38,481 nt of DNA from Octopus bimaculoides (taxonomy: Eukaryota), in the NCBI RefSeq assembly GCF_001194135.2, contig NC_068981.1:103585442-103623922 (forward strand). The letters are read 5' to 3'. Positions 11,184-22,864 of the stretch are shown one piece after another. Positions within the stretch are counted from its first letter, which is position 1. Every line of letters begins with the position of its first letter. A program made the position numbers and the translations under genes. Below the pieces are notes generated by a model that ran no database searches, was not told where the DNA came from, and worked only from the letters and a program-made list of their open reading frames with translations.

Positions 11184-12155
11184 ATGACTGTGCTGAGAAT
11201 GGGGTGTGTGAATGTGCGTGGCCTGGAATCAACTTGGAAGCAAGGTCACTTGCTCAATGATATTAGGTCGCTTGATTTGGATGTGGCTGCCATTAGTGAA
11301 ACAAGGATCACTTTAGTACTAGTGAAGAACGGAAATATTAATCTGGACGCATGGAAGGACTGTGGATTTGGTACATAGCAAAAGTGGGTGTAAAAGCCTC
11401 GAAAACCTGCTCAGGACTTTCCATCTCGCTGCCAGGTACCGACTGGATTTCCCTGATGTACCAGTGTGGACATGGAGCAACCACAGCGGGTCATCCAGAT
11501 CGCATTTAGAGTATTTATTAGATCAGAGGATAGGGATAACATAAGTTGTCCACAATTCAAATTGGTCGGCTACACAGATCACAAATTTGTGATATGCTCA
11601 GTCGATTTAGATAGGACCCGTAGACAGGAACCCGGTTACTGGAAGTTGGAGGCATCCTTACTGGATCGCAAAGACTACATGGACCGGATTAGCGAACTAG
11701 TTCAGCGGCAGTTGAAAACGGCTATCAACAACCGATGGTGGATCGCTCTGAAGAGAGCGATTAGAGTAGAATCGATAGCGTTTAGCAAAGATTTAGTAGT
11801 AGAAAAAGAAATAGATGAGAGGGAGAACTAGTTAACAAACTAGAAGAGGCTATTAGTAAAGGCATCGCGACCGACGTGTTTGCAGCGAGAATGGCCCTTA
11901 ACTATTTCTTTGAAGCGAAACACGAAGGATGCGTTGTCAGAGCTGAGGTCCGTGCGCTAAAACACGAAGGAACTAAAGCTGTCTGATGGGCCCGAACGGT
12001 AGAGATGCGACGTGGAAACAAAACCACGATCAAGTCTTTGACAGATCAGGGCGGACCCGTGCTATTCGGTTCTGAGCAGATTATGCGGCTTTCCAGCAGC
12101 ACTCTGCGTGGCTGTTTGGGGAGGGTGAGGAATCGACGACGGTAGTAAATTTTAC
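11184..12155 (+). pseudogene. Decayed Tx1/L1-clade LINE ORF2, N-terminal APE endonuclease region
   Basis: MTVLRMGCVNVRGL, DVAAISETR, VWTWSN..SRS, YTDHKFV, PGYWKLEASLL motifs across frameshifted ORFs 11184-11831; internal deletion; stops before the RT domain. Confidence 0.85.
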
Positions 12156-12157
12156 TT

Positions 12158-13004
12158 CGTACCCCATCTTCCATAAATATAGAGTCTTTAATCATTTCAC
12201 CATTGGAGAAAATTGGAAGGAGTCCTTTCTACAATATGGACACATATTTATCTGAGTTTATGTTTCCATCACATTCTATCAGTTCTGGTTGACCATTGCT
12301 CCAAATTCTTCCCCAGACCATCACAGAATAGCTGCCTTGTTTCCTTGTTTGCAGCAATATTTTCATGTCAAATTCTTGGTCACAGTCTCCAGACCCACAC
12401 TCGACAACTGTCAGAAAATACAGCAAATCTGGGCTTATCAGAGAATATGATAGTGTCTCAAAATGCTAGCGACCACTCCATCATCTCACTCGTCCAATCT
12501 TTTCTCCACTTGATATTGGCTGGTTGACAAAGTGGCTTCCTTTTTGCTGCTCTGCCATAGTAACCAAGTTTCTGGAAATACTTGACAGCTGTTCTGGGAC
12601 TGATATCAACTTGTTATGCTATGTCAGAGGCCTTGCAATGGCGATTATCCTCCACACTTCACTTAACAAAGCAAATGGCCCTGGTAGAGGGACCTGGTCA
12701 ACTTAGAAAAGGTGATGTGGACTACTTCCCCTATCTGATGAATTGGACAATCACCCTATCAACTGTAGAAAGCGGGATCTCAAGGTTTTCTGCGATTTTA
12801 CGCTCAGTCCACCTTGACCCACAATATGGCCTCTTTGAAATTTGAACAGTTCCAAGGCTTCTTTTGTACGTGGCATGATTTAACAGTCACATAAAGAATT
12901 TGAAGCATAAAAATGTCCATTAATAAAAAAATATAAACCCTTTCAAGTTAAAATAAACACAAACCAATGTTTTATGATGTGTCTATTTACTTCTGTCACG
13001 TTTA
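12158..13004 (-). mobile_element. Decayed Tc1-family transposon, 5' end through second catalytic Asp, 3'-truncated
   Basis: ATG at 12876 (MPRTKE..FQRGHIVGQ); LGYYGRAAKRKPL; TIIFSDKPRF; SVMVWGRIWSNG; YVSIL*KGLLP..IFMEDG. Tc1-like end ACGTGACAGAAGTAAATAGACAC near 13004 next to TA. Confidence 0.85.
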
Positions 13005-13025
13005 TATAGATATATATAATCTGTG

Positions 13026-13275
13026 AAGGTGCGTGGCCTAGTGGTTGAGCTGTTGCATTCACGATCGCTAGATCGAGAATTCGATTCTCGGACTTCTCTT
13101 CCGAGACCAGTGTTGTTGGGCGTTGCTTCAGTCCCACTTTCGATTGGAGGACGGGGTGGAATGTTAGTCTGCCTAGTCAGCGGAGTGGCATCGTCGAAGA
13201 CTAAAACGATGTAAAGCGCATTGTCACTAGCGATGTATAACAACATCTGATAATCTGTTAGGTGGTCACGTGATA
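13026..13275 (+). mobile_element. tRNA-derived SINE (further family)
   Basis: GCGTGGCCTAGTGGTT A box, degenerate B box GAATTCGATTCTC, distinct 3' part ending GGTCACGTGAT. Confidence 0.65.
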
Positions 13276-13934
13276 TATAATCTATCTTTCATTTCCTTTA
13301 ATGATCACATCCTTTATTTGAGAGGTGGGAAATAGAATATATAAAGTTGATCGAACCATAATAATCTTGTAAATGGAATGTCACCAAAATCTACATGGTG
13401 TTGAATGTAGGAAGTTTATGAATAGTTGGGTGTAATATGTTAACAATTTATGTCTAAAATATATTGTATCGATTTGGGTGTTAAGATTAATGCGGTTAAC
13501 TTATTTTCCAAGCTTTTAAATGGGTAAGGTCTATTCTATAGCCATTATAGTTGAATGATTCGTGCAGTGCTATTAAAAATGTGATGGCGGTACGGCTAAA
13601 TAATTATTATAGGAGCTACATTTAAGCGTTATTGTATTTGATCCTGTTGTCAGCCGGCTATATTAGGAGTTATGTGAGTAGACATGCTGGTTACTACTGC
13701 TTAGTTCTCATTCGTATTGTCCTATTCTAATTGAATGGAATTGGGTTATATTAAGGAAAGATAGTAGCTTTAGCATAAACTTTTAATTTAAATTACATCG
13801 AGCTAGGAAGGTCTGCATATACTAACATACGGATATGCACACATATAAATATACATAACGATAAGTGCTCCACAAATACGTTACTACGATGTAATACTTC
13901 AATCGGGCGGGCAGCACATCAACAACTACGGACA

Positions 13935-14205
13935 TTGCGTAGGCCTCTGAGCGCGTATCGCAAAGCTTTTGGCAAAAATTGATGCAGATTCTCTGCTCAA
14001 CTTTCTCTGTCATGGTCAAAGCGACGATCATACGCTAGATACCATCACTCCAAGCACTGCTGTAAACAGCGGATGTGAGCCAGAACGTTAAAATTTAGTG
14101 CGCATGCACATCAGAGTTCAAGGTCAATCCGCGTCAAGCAGCTTTATTCTGGGTTTTTAGCTTCGTTACTATGGCAACAGTCCGGATACTTATTATTCAG
14201 AACAC
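13935..14205 (-). mobile_element. Mariner-type transposon 5' fragment
   Basis: ATG at 14013: MTEKVEQRICINFCQKLCDTRSEAYAM (mariner N-terminal HTH). TIR-like ATAAGTATCCGGACTGTTGCCATA upstream. Confidence 0.7.
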
Positions 14206-14211
14206 ACAAAC

Positions 14212-14253
<42 letters not shown>

Positions 14254-14563
14254 NNNNNNNNNNNNNNNNNNNNNNNNNNNNNNNNNNNNNNNNNNNNNNN
14301 NNNNNNNNNNNNNNNNNNNNNNNNNNNNNNNNNNNNNNNNNNNNNNNNNNNNNNNNNNNNNNNNNNNNNNNNNNNNNNNNNNNNNNNNNNNNNNNNNNNN
14401 NNNNNNNNNNNNNNNNNNNNNNNNNNNNNNNNNNNNNNNNNNNNNNNNNNNNNNNNNNNNNNNNNNNNNNNNNNNNNNNNNNNNNNNNNNNNNNNNNNNN
14501 NNNNNNNNNNNNNNNNNNNNNNNNNNNNNNNNNNNNNNNNNNNNNNNNNNNNNNNNNNNNNNN

Positions 14564-15945
14564 ATATATATGAATGCATGTATGAATGTATGTAAGTATG
14601 TATGTATGTATGAGCAGATTTGTATGTTTTATGCATGTATTCTCATGCATATAGTTAGATATCTAGACATGCTCATATATATTTAAATGATAAACTTCTG
14701 AAAAGTTTTACAGATTGTTACAGTTCAAGTGATGGATTGGATCCGTAGTCTTCGAATTAGCTTTCTCCTTTCTGGTTTTGAGAAGCCTAATTTCTCAAGA
14801 CTGGTATTTAGGCAGCATGTTAAACATCCCAGGGCCCCAATAATTACAAGCGTAAACCTGAACTTGTAATCTGGATAGAGTAACTGCAGATTTCTCAATA
14901 GTACATCATAGGGTTCCCTTTTTCACTGATCTTCAGCTTTATGTTAACATCCGCTGAGCAGCTAATTTCCACAATTGTGCACAGTTTCTCTTTTCTATCC
15001 CAAATCATTATATCAGGTCAGTTGTGCTTACATTTTATTGAGGTTATTCACTGGTACATTCCATCAATATTCCTTTTTATTATGGGTGGCTATGGCTTCT
15101 ACCATTTTGTGAGTTCTTATTTCTTTGTCCTCGGGATTATCCTTCCGACGGGTTTCATTATTGAGTGTCCCTAGCTACAACGTCATGTCTCATCGGTAGA
15201 CAATACCGTGATGACATTTTCAGACAGCTGCTTATGATGTGGGTGATATCTTCAGTGTGAACTCCACAAAGTCTGCACCGGTTGTCACATTTTACGGTTT
15301 TCCCGCATCTCTATCCCTTTTGTGCATCAGGTACTTGGTTGATATTTCCTGTTCCTGGATTGCAAACGCATACCCTTCAAAGTGGGAGGTAGTAATCCGG
15401 CTATTCGTCCATGATAGACTGCTTTGATGATCGATTTACTATCATCACGGAGCTTTCTACTAACATATCCATGTAGAGTCTTCTGCTCATATACGCTCAT
15501 TCTTTCATCTGATGATATATTGGGGTAGAGTCATGTGACTTCTTTGGGCATGTATTATAGGTTATCAGACAAAGAATGTTGCTCAAGGAGCTGCCTTTCA
15601 AGTCTTATGATGTTATCAGCCTCATGTATGCAAACTTGGTCAAGGGATACACTTCAACGCTTGGCGGTTAAAAGATGTTGCCGAAGGAATATGATGCTAC
15701 ATTCAGAGGCACCTTGGATCGATGTTAAGCTTCTGCCGCCTTGTTTACGTTTTAGGTAGAAGCGGTCAACGTCACTGTTTATGTGGAAAGTATGTCTGCT
15801 TGTTAGTATTTTTCGGGTTTTCACATCAATGGCTTGGATCTAATCAAGCGACCAGTCAAGCAGCCCAAATGTTGGTATGAGTACTGGGATTGCAAACACA
15901 TTGTGGGCCACCGTTTTATTGAATGCAGAGCGTTCTGAGGTTCAA
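14564..15945 (-). mobile_element. 5'-truncated R4/Dong-clade retrotransposon, (CATA)n-associated family (RT C-terminus, CCHC, RLE, 3' UTR)
   Basis: Minus-strand translation: AHNVFAIPVLIPTFGLLDW..IDVKTRKIL..SDVDRFYLKRKQGGR; CRLCGVHTEDITHIISSC; RHDVVA; HN*PDIMIWDRKEKLCTIVEISC; LVIIGALG; stop at 14683-14685. (TATG)n on both sides (14564-14612, ~15955-16010). Confidence 0.9.
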
Positions 15946-16181
15946 CTTTTTTTATGTATGTATGTTTGTATGCATGTATGTATGTATGTATGTATGTACG
16001 AATGTATGTATATAAGCGCAGATAAAATTCTTAGATGTGCTGAATAAGACATATGACTGGAGGAATATATGACTTGGATGTGAGTATGGATGTAACTAGA
16101 CACATATGCTGATAAAAAGATATAATAAAAAATGTTTCTATTTATGTATGTATGCATACATAAATAGCTAGCTAGCTTGCT

Positions 16182-16184
16182 AGC

Positions 16185-16261
<77 letters not shown>

Positions 16262-16370
16262 GAAAGAGAAAACAAGCAGTAATAAAGAGAGAAAGAGAAA
16301 GGAAGAAAAGCTACGAAAACGGAGACCAAACGTGAAGGAGAGNNNNNNNNNNNNNNNNNNNNNTGCTAGC

Positions 16371-16447
<77 letters not shown>

Positions 16448-16575
16448 GAAAGAGAAAACAAGCAGTAATGAAGAGAGACAGAGAAAGGAAGAAAAGCTAC
16501 GAAAACGGAGATCAAACGTGAAGGAGAGAGAGGGGAGAAAGAAGACGACAGGCAGACGGACGAACAAACAGACAT

Positions 16576-16619
<44 letters not shown>

Positions 16620-16620
16620 A
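16182..16620. repeat. (GATA)n arrays within a ~180-bp tandem duplication split by a 21-N gap
   Basis: 16182-16342 matches 16364-16530 with about three substitutions; it may be an allelic or assembly duplication. Confidence 0.75.
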
Positions 16621-17099
16621 AGAAAAGAAATACCAAAGGGAAGGAAGAAAAATTAAAGAAGGAATGAAAAGAAAGGAAGAAAGTAATTGATGGTCATCTA
16701 TTGTCACTCGTGATTACTTCTCTAATTAGATATAGCTTCTGCACAACTAATACCGCCACAATCAACACCACCACCTCTACCAAAACCAACACAACCACTC
16801 CATTATTCCTAAACCTCAGTAGCGAATCTATTGAAGAAAACAGCTAATACAATGTAACTGAAACGACGATGCAAGTCGTAAATTGTACTCTTGTGGATGC
16901 TTGTATAATTTGTAAACGAATCTCGTGATATTCTAACGTGTTTATACAACGATAAATTAATATAAAGTTTTCCATCTTCACACACTAAAATATTAATGAT
17001 GTTGCTGCTGCTGCTGCTGCCGTTATTATTGTTACTGTTGTTACTGTCGACGAGGATGCTTGATGTTCTCTTTGTTCTTCCCGTTGTTGTGTTTCTTCT

Positions 17100-17275
17100 T
17101 TAGCTTCAAACCAAACCCTGATCTAGCAGGTCTATGAACAAATGCATGCCAGCCGTGACTACTTGCCTTGTCTTTTTAGAGAACATATCTAACGTTAACC
17201 AATAGAATCTTTCCTAATCTGAGACGGTCAAATGCAGCGTGAGGGAGATTTCAACGCTATTTTTCACCATGTTAA
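17100..17275 (-). repeat. Family R copy preceded by a GTT-rich tract
   Basis: CCCTGATCTAGCAGGTCTATGAACAAATGCATGCCAGCCGTGAC...GAGACGG...GAGGGAGATTT homologous to 23630-23820. Confidence 0.6.
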
Positions 17276-17669
17276 AGAATTACATAAATTACCCACTGTT
17301 TTACGAGGGTGGACACAATGCTATAAATTTATAAGATACAAATTTATAAGATAGGTACTTTATTTTATTGAACTTGAAAGGAATAAAGTTCAAAAAGTGT
17401 AGACTATATAGGAGCTCCTTGTAAAAAAAGAATGTGACTCATTTTAGTACAATTATCAGTGAAGAGGGACAATTTTAGACTAATTGAAGTAAAAGCCACT
17501 TTCTTCTATCATAGTTTAACATTCCTCATGGCACTAGGAGACAAACTGGAAAAGGCGCTGCCCCGGAGGATAGCGAGGAAGATGCGCTGGAAAGATAAAA
17601 GGTAAAGTTGACTTTAGCAGGATAAGAGTTCAAAAATATAAAGAACCGTAACATAGTTCGGTGATAATC

Positions 17670-17886
17670 GTTTCAAATTATGGCACAATGCTAGCAATTT
17701 TAGGAGAAAGGGTTAGTCGATTACATTAACCCCAGTACTTAACTGGTACTTTATTTTAGCGACGCCGAAAAGATAAAAGGTAAAGCTGACCATGGCGAGA
17801 TTTCAGCTCAGAACGTAAAACAGCCGAAAGAAATAACGCTAAAACATTTGGTGTTAGACGTGCTAACGATTCTGCCAGTTTGCTGC
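17670..17886 (-). mobile_element. S1 SINE
   Basis: Reverse complement of the S1 consensus (..GTGCTAACGATTCTGCCAG). Confidence 0.75.
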
Positions 17887-17914
17887 AATATAGCTTAGTA
17901 AAAATAATATTGGT

Positions 17915-18115
17915 ATCAACATTTTGCACAAAGCCAGCAATTTTGAGAGAGAGGAATAAGTCGATTACATCGACCCAGTGCTCAACTGCTACTTATTTTA
18001 TTAAATCCGAAAGAGAAGTCGAGCTCTGCAGTATTTGAACACCGAACGTAAAGACAGACGAGATGCCACCAAAAGTCTTATTCGGCGTGCTAACGAGTTA
18101 TCCAGCTCGCCACCT
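17915..18115 (-). mobile_element. S1 SINE
   Basis: AGTCGATTACATCGACCCAGTGCTCAACTG...GCGTGCTAACGAG..CAGCTCGCCACC. Confidence 0.75.
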
Positions 18116-18149
18116 TTTAAATAATGCCTTACTATTTGCAAAAAATAAA

Positions 18150-18345
18150 GGCGGCGTACTGGTAGAATCGTTAGCACGCCGGGGAAAATGTTTAGTGGCA
18201 TTTTGTCCGTCTTTACGTTCTGAGTTCAAATTCTGCCGAGATCGACTTTGCCTTTCATCCTTTCGGGTTTGATAAAATAAGTACCAGTTGAGCACTGGGA
18301 TCGATGTATTCGACTTAACCTCGACCCCAGCCAAATTTCTCTCAA
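18150..18345 (+). mobile_element. S1 SINE (head-to-head with the previous copy)
   Basis: GGCGGCGTACTGGTAGAATCGTTAGCACGCCGG...TTCTGAGTTCAAATTCTGCCGAG...AAGTACCAGTTGAGCACTGGG. Confidence 0.85.
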
Positions 18346-18379
18346 ATAACAACCTACTTTCTTAAAGAAGAAAATGATA

Positions 18380-18497
18380 TATCAGATGCTGTATTTGTAT
18401 GCACACCATGAATAGGACGGAATGATCATTGCTGAAATGCTTTGATCACAGGTTTGCTTGATCAGGGTTGAGCTAGGTTTAAACAACAAAAACAACT
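18380..18497 (+). repeat. Family R 3' part with AAC tail
   Basis: GCTGAAATGCTTTGATCACAGGTTTGCTTGATCAGGGTTGAGCTAGGTTTAAACAACAAAAACAAC. Confidence 0.6.
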
Positions 18498-18774
18498 AGT
18501 GCTTATTTTATCGACGCTAAAAGAATAAAAGGCAAATTTGAGTTTGCAAAGTTTTAATACAAATCATAAAAGGACATAACAGAACATGGTATTTTGTCCA
18601 ACGCTTTACTGATTCTGTGATCTCGGGCCTTGATCTACTATTTTATTCTCCTAAGGACTACTATGTAACACTTTAACTATGGAACGAATTCGAGTAAATA
18701 ATTCATTATAGATACAATATATATATATATATCGTTCGAAAGACAATTGACTGAGATAAAAAAAATCTAAGTTG

Positions 18775-18805
<31 letters not shown>

Positions 18806-19204
18806 CTACTACATATGTAGAAAATCGGTGTGTGTTTGTTTGTGGCGTTGTTAGCTAACTCCTCCTACATCATTTTGTTGATGTCTGGAAACCTCGTGAC
18901 ATACTTAGATTGTTCAAAAATTCGATAATACATCCCCTGGAAGGGATCTTTATATCTACCTCATATAACTATTTTTTTAAAACACACCCAAGGGAAATAA
19001 CCCATAGCTCCTGTACTTACAGTTGTTAGTTTTTAGTGAAGCGATCAATATTTGATTCTCACGATCAGCGGACCTAATTCTGCATTTCACTACTCACAGT
19101 TTTGAACTGCTAAACCTTATTATTACACTTTCTTGATGCATGTACACTTGCAATGCCCATAACTCCGATAATTCTGAAGTGTATCGTAACCTGAAACTGA
19201 TTGA

Positions 19205-19398
19205 ACAAAGCTAACGAAGGAAGCCTCCGCATAGTCGTGCGATCGGCTAGAAATTGCGTGTCGCCATTAAATAAGACGCACACATCTTAACAAGAAGATA
19301 ACGCACTGTTTTAGACACAGTGCCTGGAATCAAGATGGGATTGGTACAGCTGGAATTTCCTTTGATCATAAGTCTATCCGGGACTAAATATCAACAAG
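19205..19398 (+). repeat. Family R near-complete copy
   Basis: CGAAGGAAGCCTCCGCATAGTCG..GCTAGAAAT...CAGCTGGAATTTCCTTTGATCATAAGTCTA..AAATATCAACAA. Confidence 0.6.
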
Positions 19399-20989
19399 TG
19401 GTACTTGAAAAAATTTAACGAGGGCTTAGCCAAAGAGGAAAACCCCGCCATCTTTTTTGTGAACTGTGTCTATTTCTCACGGAAAAACCTTTTACTGTTC
19501 CAACTGGATAAAATAATCTGGATGATTAATCTTTATAATGGACTTGAATGGTAGCCTTATGTTTTTTTATACATGATAGCAACACGTGATAACAACTGTT
19601 CTATATAATTCCATGCGTCAAACAATCCCCTACTACTAACGAGCACGGGAAGAATCGTTTACCCTTTCTTTCAATTTTATTTTTATTTATTATTATTTAT
19701 TTTTTTTTTTGTATTCCACGCATCTCGTTCTAGCTTGGCTGATGGTGGAACCTATGCCTATAAAAATTTGTCCCGAATTAACCGACAATGCCCTCTGGTG
19801 AAACTGACAAGCCACGTGCTTTTGAAAGTTATCCATAATTTCCACCCTGGCCGGAGAATAGTCATTCACATCTGCAACCACACTTCTACAGGAAAGGTTT
19901 TGCATTCCACAAGCGGAATGGCTTCACTTTCTCTATCAGCGACCGGAAATATTCTAAATGTCAAATGTTCTGACTCGTTCTATAATTGACTCAACTGCAG
20001 CTCAGTCAAAGAGATAAACTATAATAAAACAAAAAAGACGATAACGCGTGTTCTTGATCATGGTATCGAAGCAGGTAATCAAAATCTCAGCGCAAGGATT
20101 TGCTCGCATCGCTAACCACTCAACGCATTTCTTCATTTCTTCCAACACAAATGAAAGACTGGAAATTATAGTTCATACCCACATGATGTTGTAAACCATA
20201 CATACACAAATACATACACACATATATACATATACACACACTACATATACATACATATACATACATACATATATATATATANNNNNNNNNNNNNNNNNNN
20301 NNNNNNNNNNNNNNNNNNNNNNNNNNNNNNNNNNNNNNNNNNNNNNNNNNNNNNNNNNNNNNNNNNNNNNNNNNNNNNNNNNNNNNNNNNNNNNNNNNNN
20401 NNNNNNNNNNNNNNNNNNNNNNNNNNNNNNNNNNNNNNNNNNNNNNNNNNNNNNNNNNNNNNNNNNNNNNNNNNNNNNNNNNNNNNNNNNNNNNNNNNNN
20501 NNNNNNNNNNNNNNNNNNNNNNNNNNNNNNNNNNNNNNNNNNNNNNNNNNNNNNNNNNNNNNNNNNNNNNNNNNNNNNNNNNNNNNNNNNNNNNNNNNNN
20601 NNNNNNNNNNNNNNNNNNNNNNNNNNNNNNNNNNNNNNNNNNNNNNNNNNNNNNNNNNNNNNNNNNNNNNNNNNNNNNNNNNNNNNNNNNNNNNNNNNNN
20701 NNNNNNNNNNNNNNNNNNNNNNNNNNNNNNNNNNNNNNNNNNNNNNNNNNNNNNNNNNNNNNNNNNNNNNNNNNNNNNNNNNNNNNNNNNNNNNNNNNNN
20801 NNNNNNNNNNNNNNNNNNNNNNNNNNNNNNNNNNNNNNNNNNNNNNNNNNNNNNNNNNNNNNNNNNNNNNNNNNNNNNNNNNNNNNNNNNNNNNNNNNNN
20901 NNNNNNNNNNNNNNNNNNNNNNNNNNNNNNNNNNNNNNNNNNNNNNNNNNNNNNNNNNNNNNNNNNNNNNNNNNNNNNNNNNNNNNNNN

Positions 20990-21077
<88 letters not shown>

Positions 21078-21621
21078 TGTGTGCGTGTGTGTGTGTAATG
21101 CTTTTTCCAGGATTCAGGAATCGTATCCGTCTGAAAACAAATTTGTTTAGCTTAGAACTTAAATTCATCAGAATGTAGTAATTATAATATATTGTAACAA
21201 CATTATTCATTCTACATAACACATTGAGATCGACGGATGGCTGGTGGATGGATGGATGGATGGATGGATGGATGGATGGATGGAGGGAGGGATACCTACT
21301 ATACAATTGAAGTTGTATAGTAGGTGCAGCAGGAATGTACTGAAGATACTGATGCGTTTTATTGTAGATAGTGGTAATTTACGGTATATATTATGATAGT
21401 GTACTGTACATTGAGAGATGGGGTGCTCTAAGTAAGGATGTTAATAAAGGGGTAATAGAATGCAGAGAAGTCAGCTTGTTAGTGCTATAGAGGAAAAATA
21501 GAAAGGATGTGAACATTTTAGAGTATATAGCAAAGGACTATTTTCCCATTTCCATTTCAGAAAGTATGTAGCGACTTTCTAAAGCTTCATATGCAGACTA
21601 TAAGTGTTTAAATCCAATACA

Positions 21622-21689
<68 letters not shown>

Positions 21690-21724
21690 CGTGCGTGTGT
21701 GCGCACGCGCGTGTGTGTGTGTGT

Positions 21725-21830
21725 GCGTGTAACACAAACGGATTAAGGTTCACTACAGCTGTTTCTCACGCGTTTGTGATTGATGAACAAATCAATTACA
21801 TCATGAAAAAAACGTTATCAAAATATAAAA
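21725..21830 (-). repeat. Hammerhead family A copy 3 (5' core decayed)
   Basis: Minus strand ...TTTTTTTCATGATGTAATTG...ACGCGTGAGAAACAGCTGTAGTGAACC retains GAAA-CAGCTG-TA-GTGAA and stem II similarity to 7140-7205. Confidence 0.65.
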
Positions 21831-21862
21831 CTGCCTCTCTCCCTCTCCCTCTTTCTCTTTCT

Positions 21863-21972
<110 letters not shown>

Positions 21973-22060
21973 CGAAGGCAAGTCAAAAATTATCCGCACT
22001 TTCGCCATAACATATCTTTATTATTGTCACACTGCCTTCTGCGCATGCGTGCTTATAATT
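21973..22060 (+). mobile_element. Mariner-type terminal fragment at a TA within (TA)n
   Basis: TA|CGAAGGCAAGTCAAAAATTATCCGCACTTTCGCCATA resembles the end at 14170-14200 (-). Confidence 0.55.
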
Positions 22061-22099
22061 ATTACATACACATTATATATATAATGTGTATGTATGTGT

Positions 22100-22740
22100 C
22101 TTTACACTTCTCTGAATTGTTTTTCAAATGAATCCGCTACACTAGCTATATTTCTTTTTTGTGTCGCTGTCTTTACTATCCGTCATCTTCTAAGGCTTCT
22201 GCCTGAAGTTCAACGCCACCCCGTACACTCCATTTCCACTGAATTTATTCTCGCCGGCACATTCCTCCTTCTCAACCGTATTACCATCCGTTCCACCCTC
22301 TCAGGAACCGCTTCCTGAATCACCATCTCCCCTAGGTTTACCCTTTTCTCTCCTCTCTTTTATTTGCACTTCACATTTCACTCAGTCTATTCTCCACTGC
22401 GTGCAACAACCCAACCACCAACTCATCGACATCCTTACACTAAAATCCGCAAACTCCACCTCATACACTACTACACCGTTACTCCTCTCCCGCTTAGTCA
22501 CATCCTACAGCCAGAAATCAAACATGTGAATTACCAACATGCGTTTTTGCCAGGAATCTCTTTTCCTCCGTTATTTCTCTATTTCCCTGCATTTTTTGTG
22601 CATATATGACGAAGGACTTTGTCCGAAACGTCATATATCTACTCTATAGCTTTTACGTTATAACGTTTTTCCTTCTTTGAGTGTCAGCCTAATATTAACT
22701 GTGTACGTTCCTTAGGTCTTTGATTTTGTTTTTTTGTTAT
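22100..22740 (+). mobile_element. Probable Penelope-like terminal repeat remnant (pyrimidine-rich tract ending in a hammerhead motif)
   Basis: Strong C/T strand bias 22100-22600, then a minimal hammerhead at 22602-22636. No GIY-YIG or RT could be read, so the class is inferred. Confidence 0.45.
22602..22636 (+). ncRNA. Minimal hammerhead motif, family C (C3 replaced by A)
   Basis: ATAT-aTGACGA-A-GGAC-TTT-GTCC-GAAA-CG-TC-ATAT; helix III palindrome ACGT; GUC triplet with predicted site after 22632. Confidence 0.65.
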
Positions 22741-22814
22741 TGATTTGCTCTTTCTCTATTTCTCTCTCTTTCCCTCTGTACACATGCACACATACACATA
22801 CACATGCACACACA

Positions 22815-22864
<50 letters not shown>

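Noticed and set aside
16182-16530. ~180-bp tandem duplication as a novel minisatellite
   Set aside because: Split by an N gap and microsatellite-rich; could be two alleles. Listed as a feature only.
19690-19990. Two overlapping ORFs in a moderately GC-rich patch
   Set aside because: Only a faint HKRN.ASLSL resemblance to a CR1-type tail; too decayed to call and no splice support.
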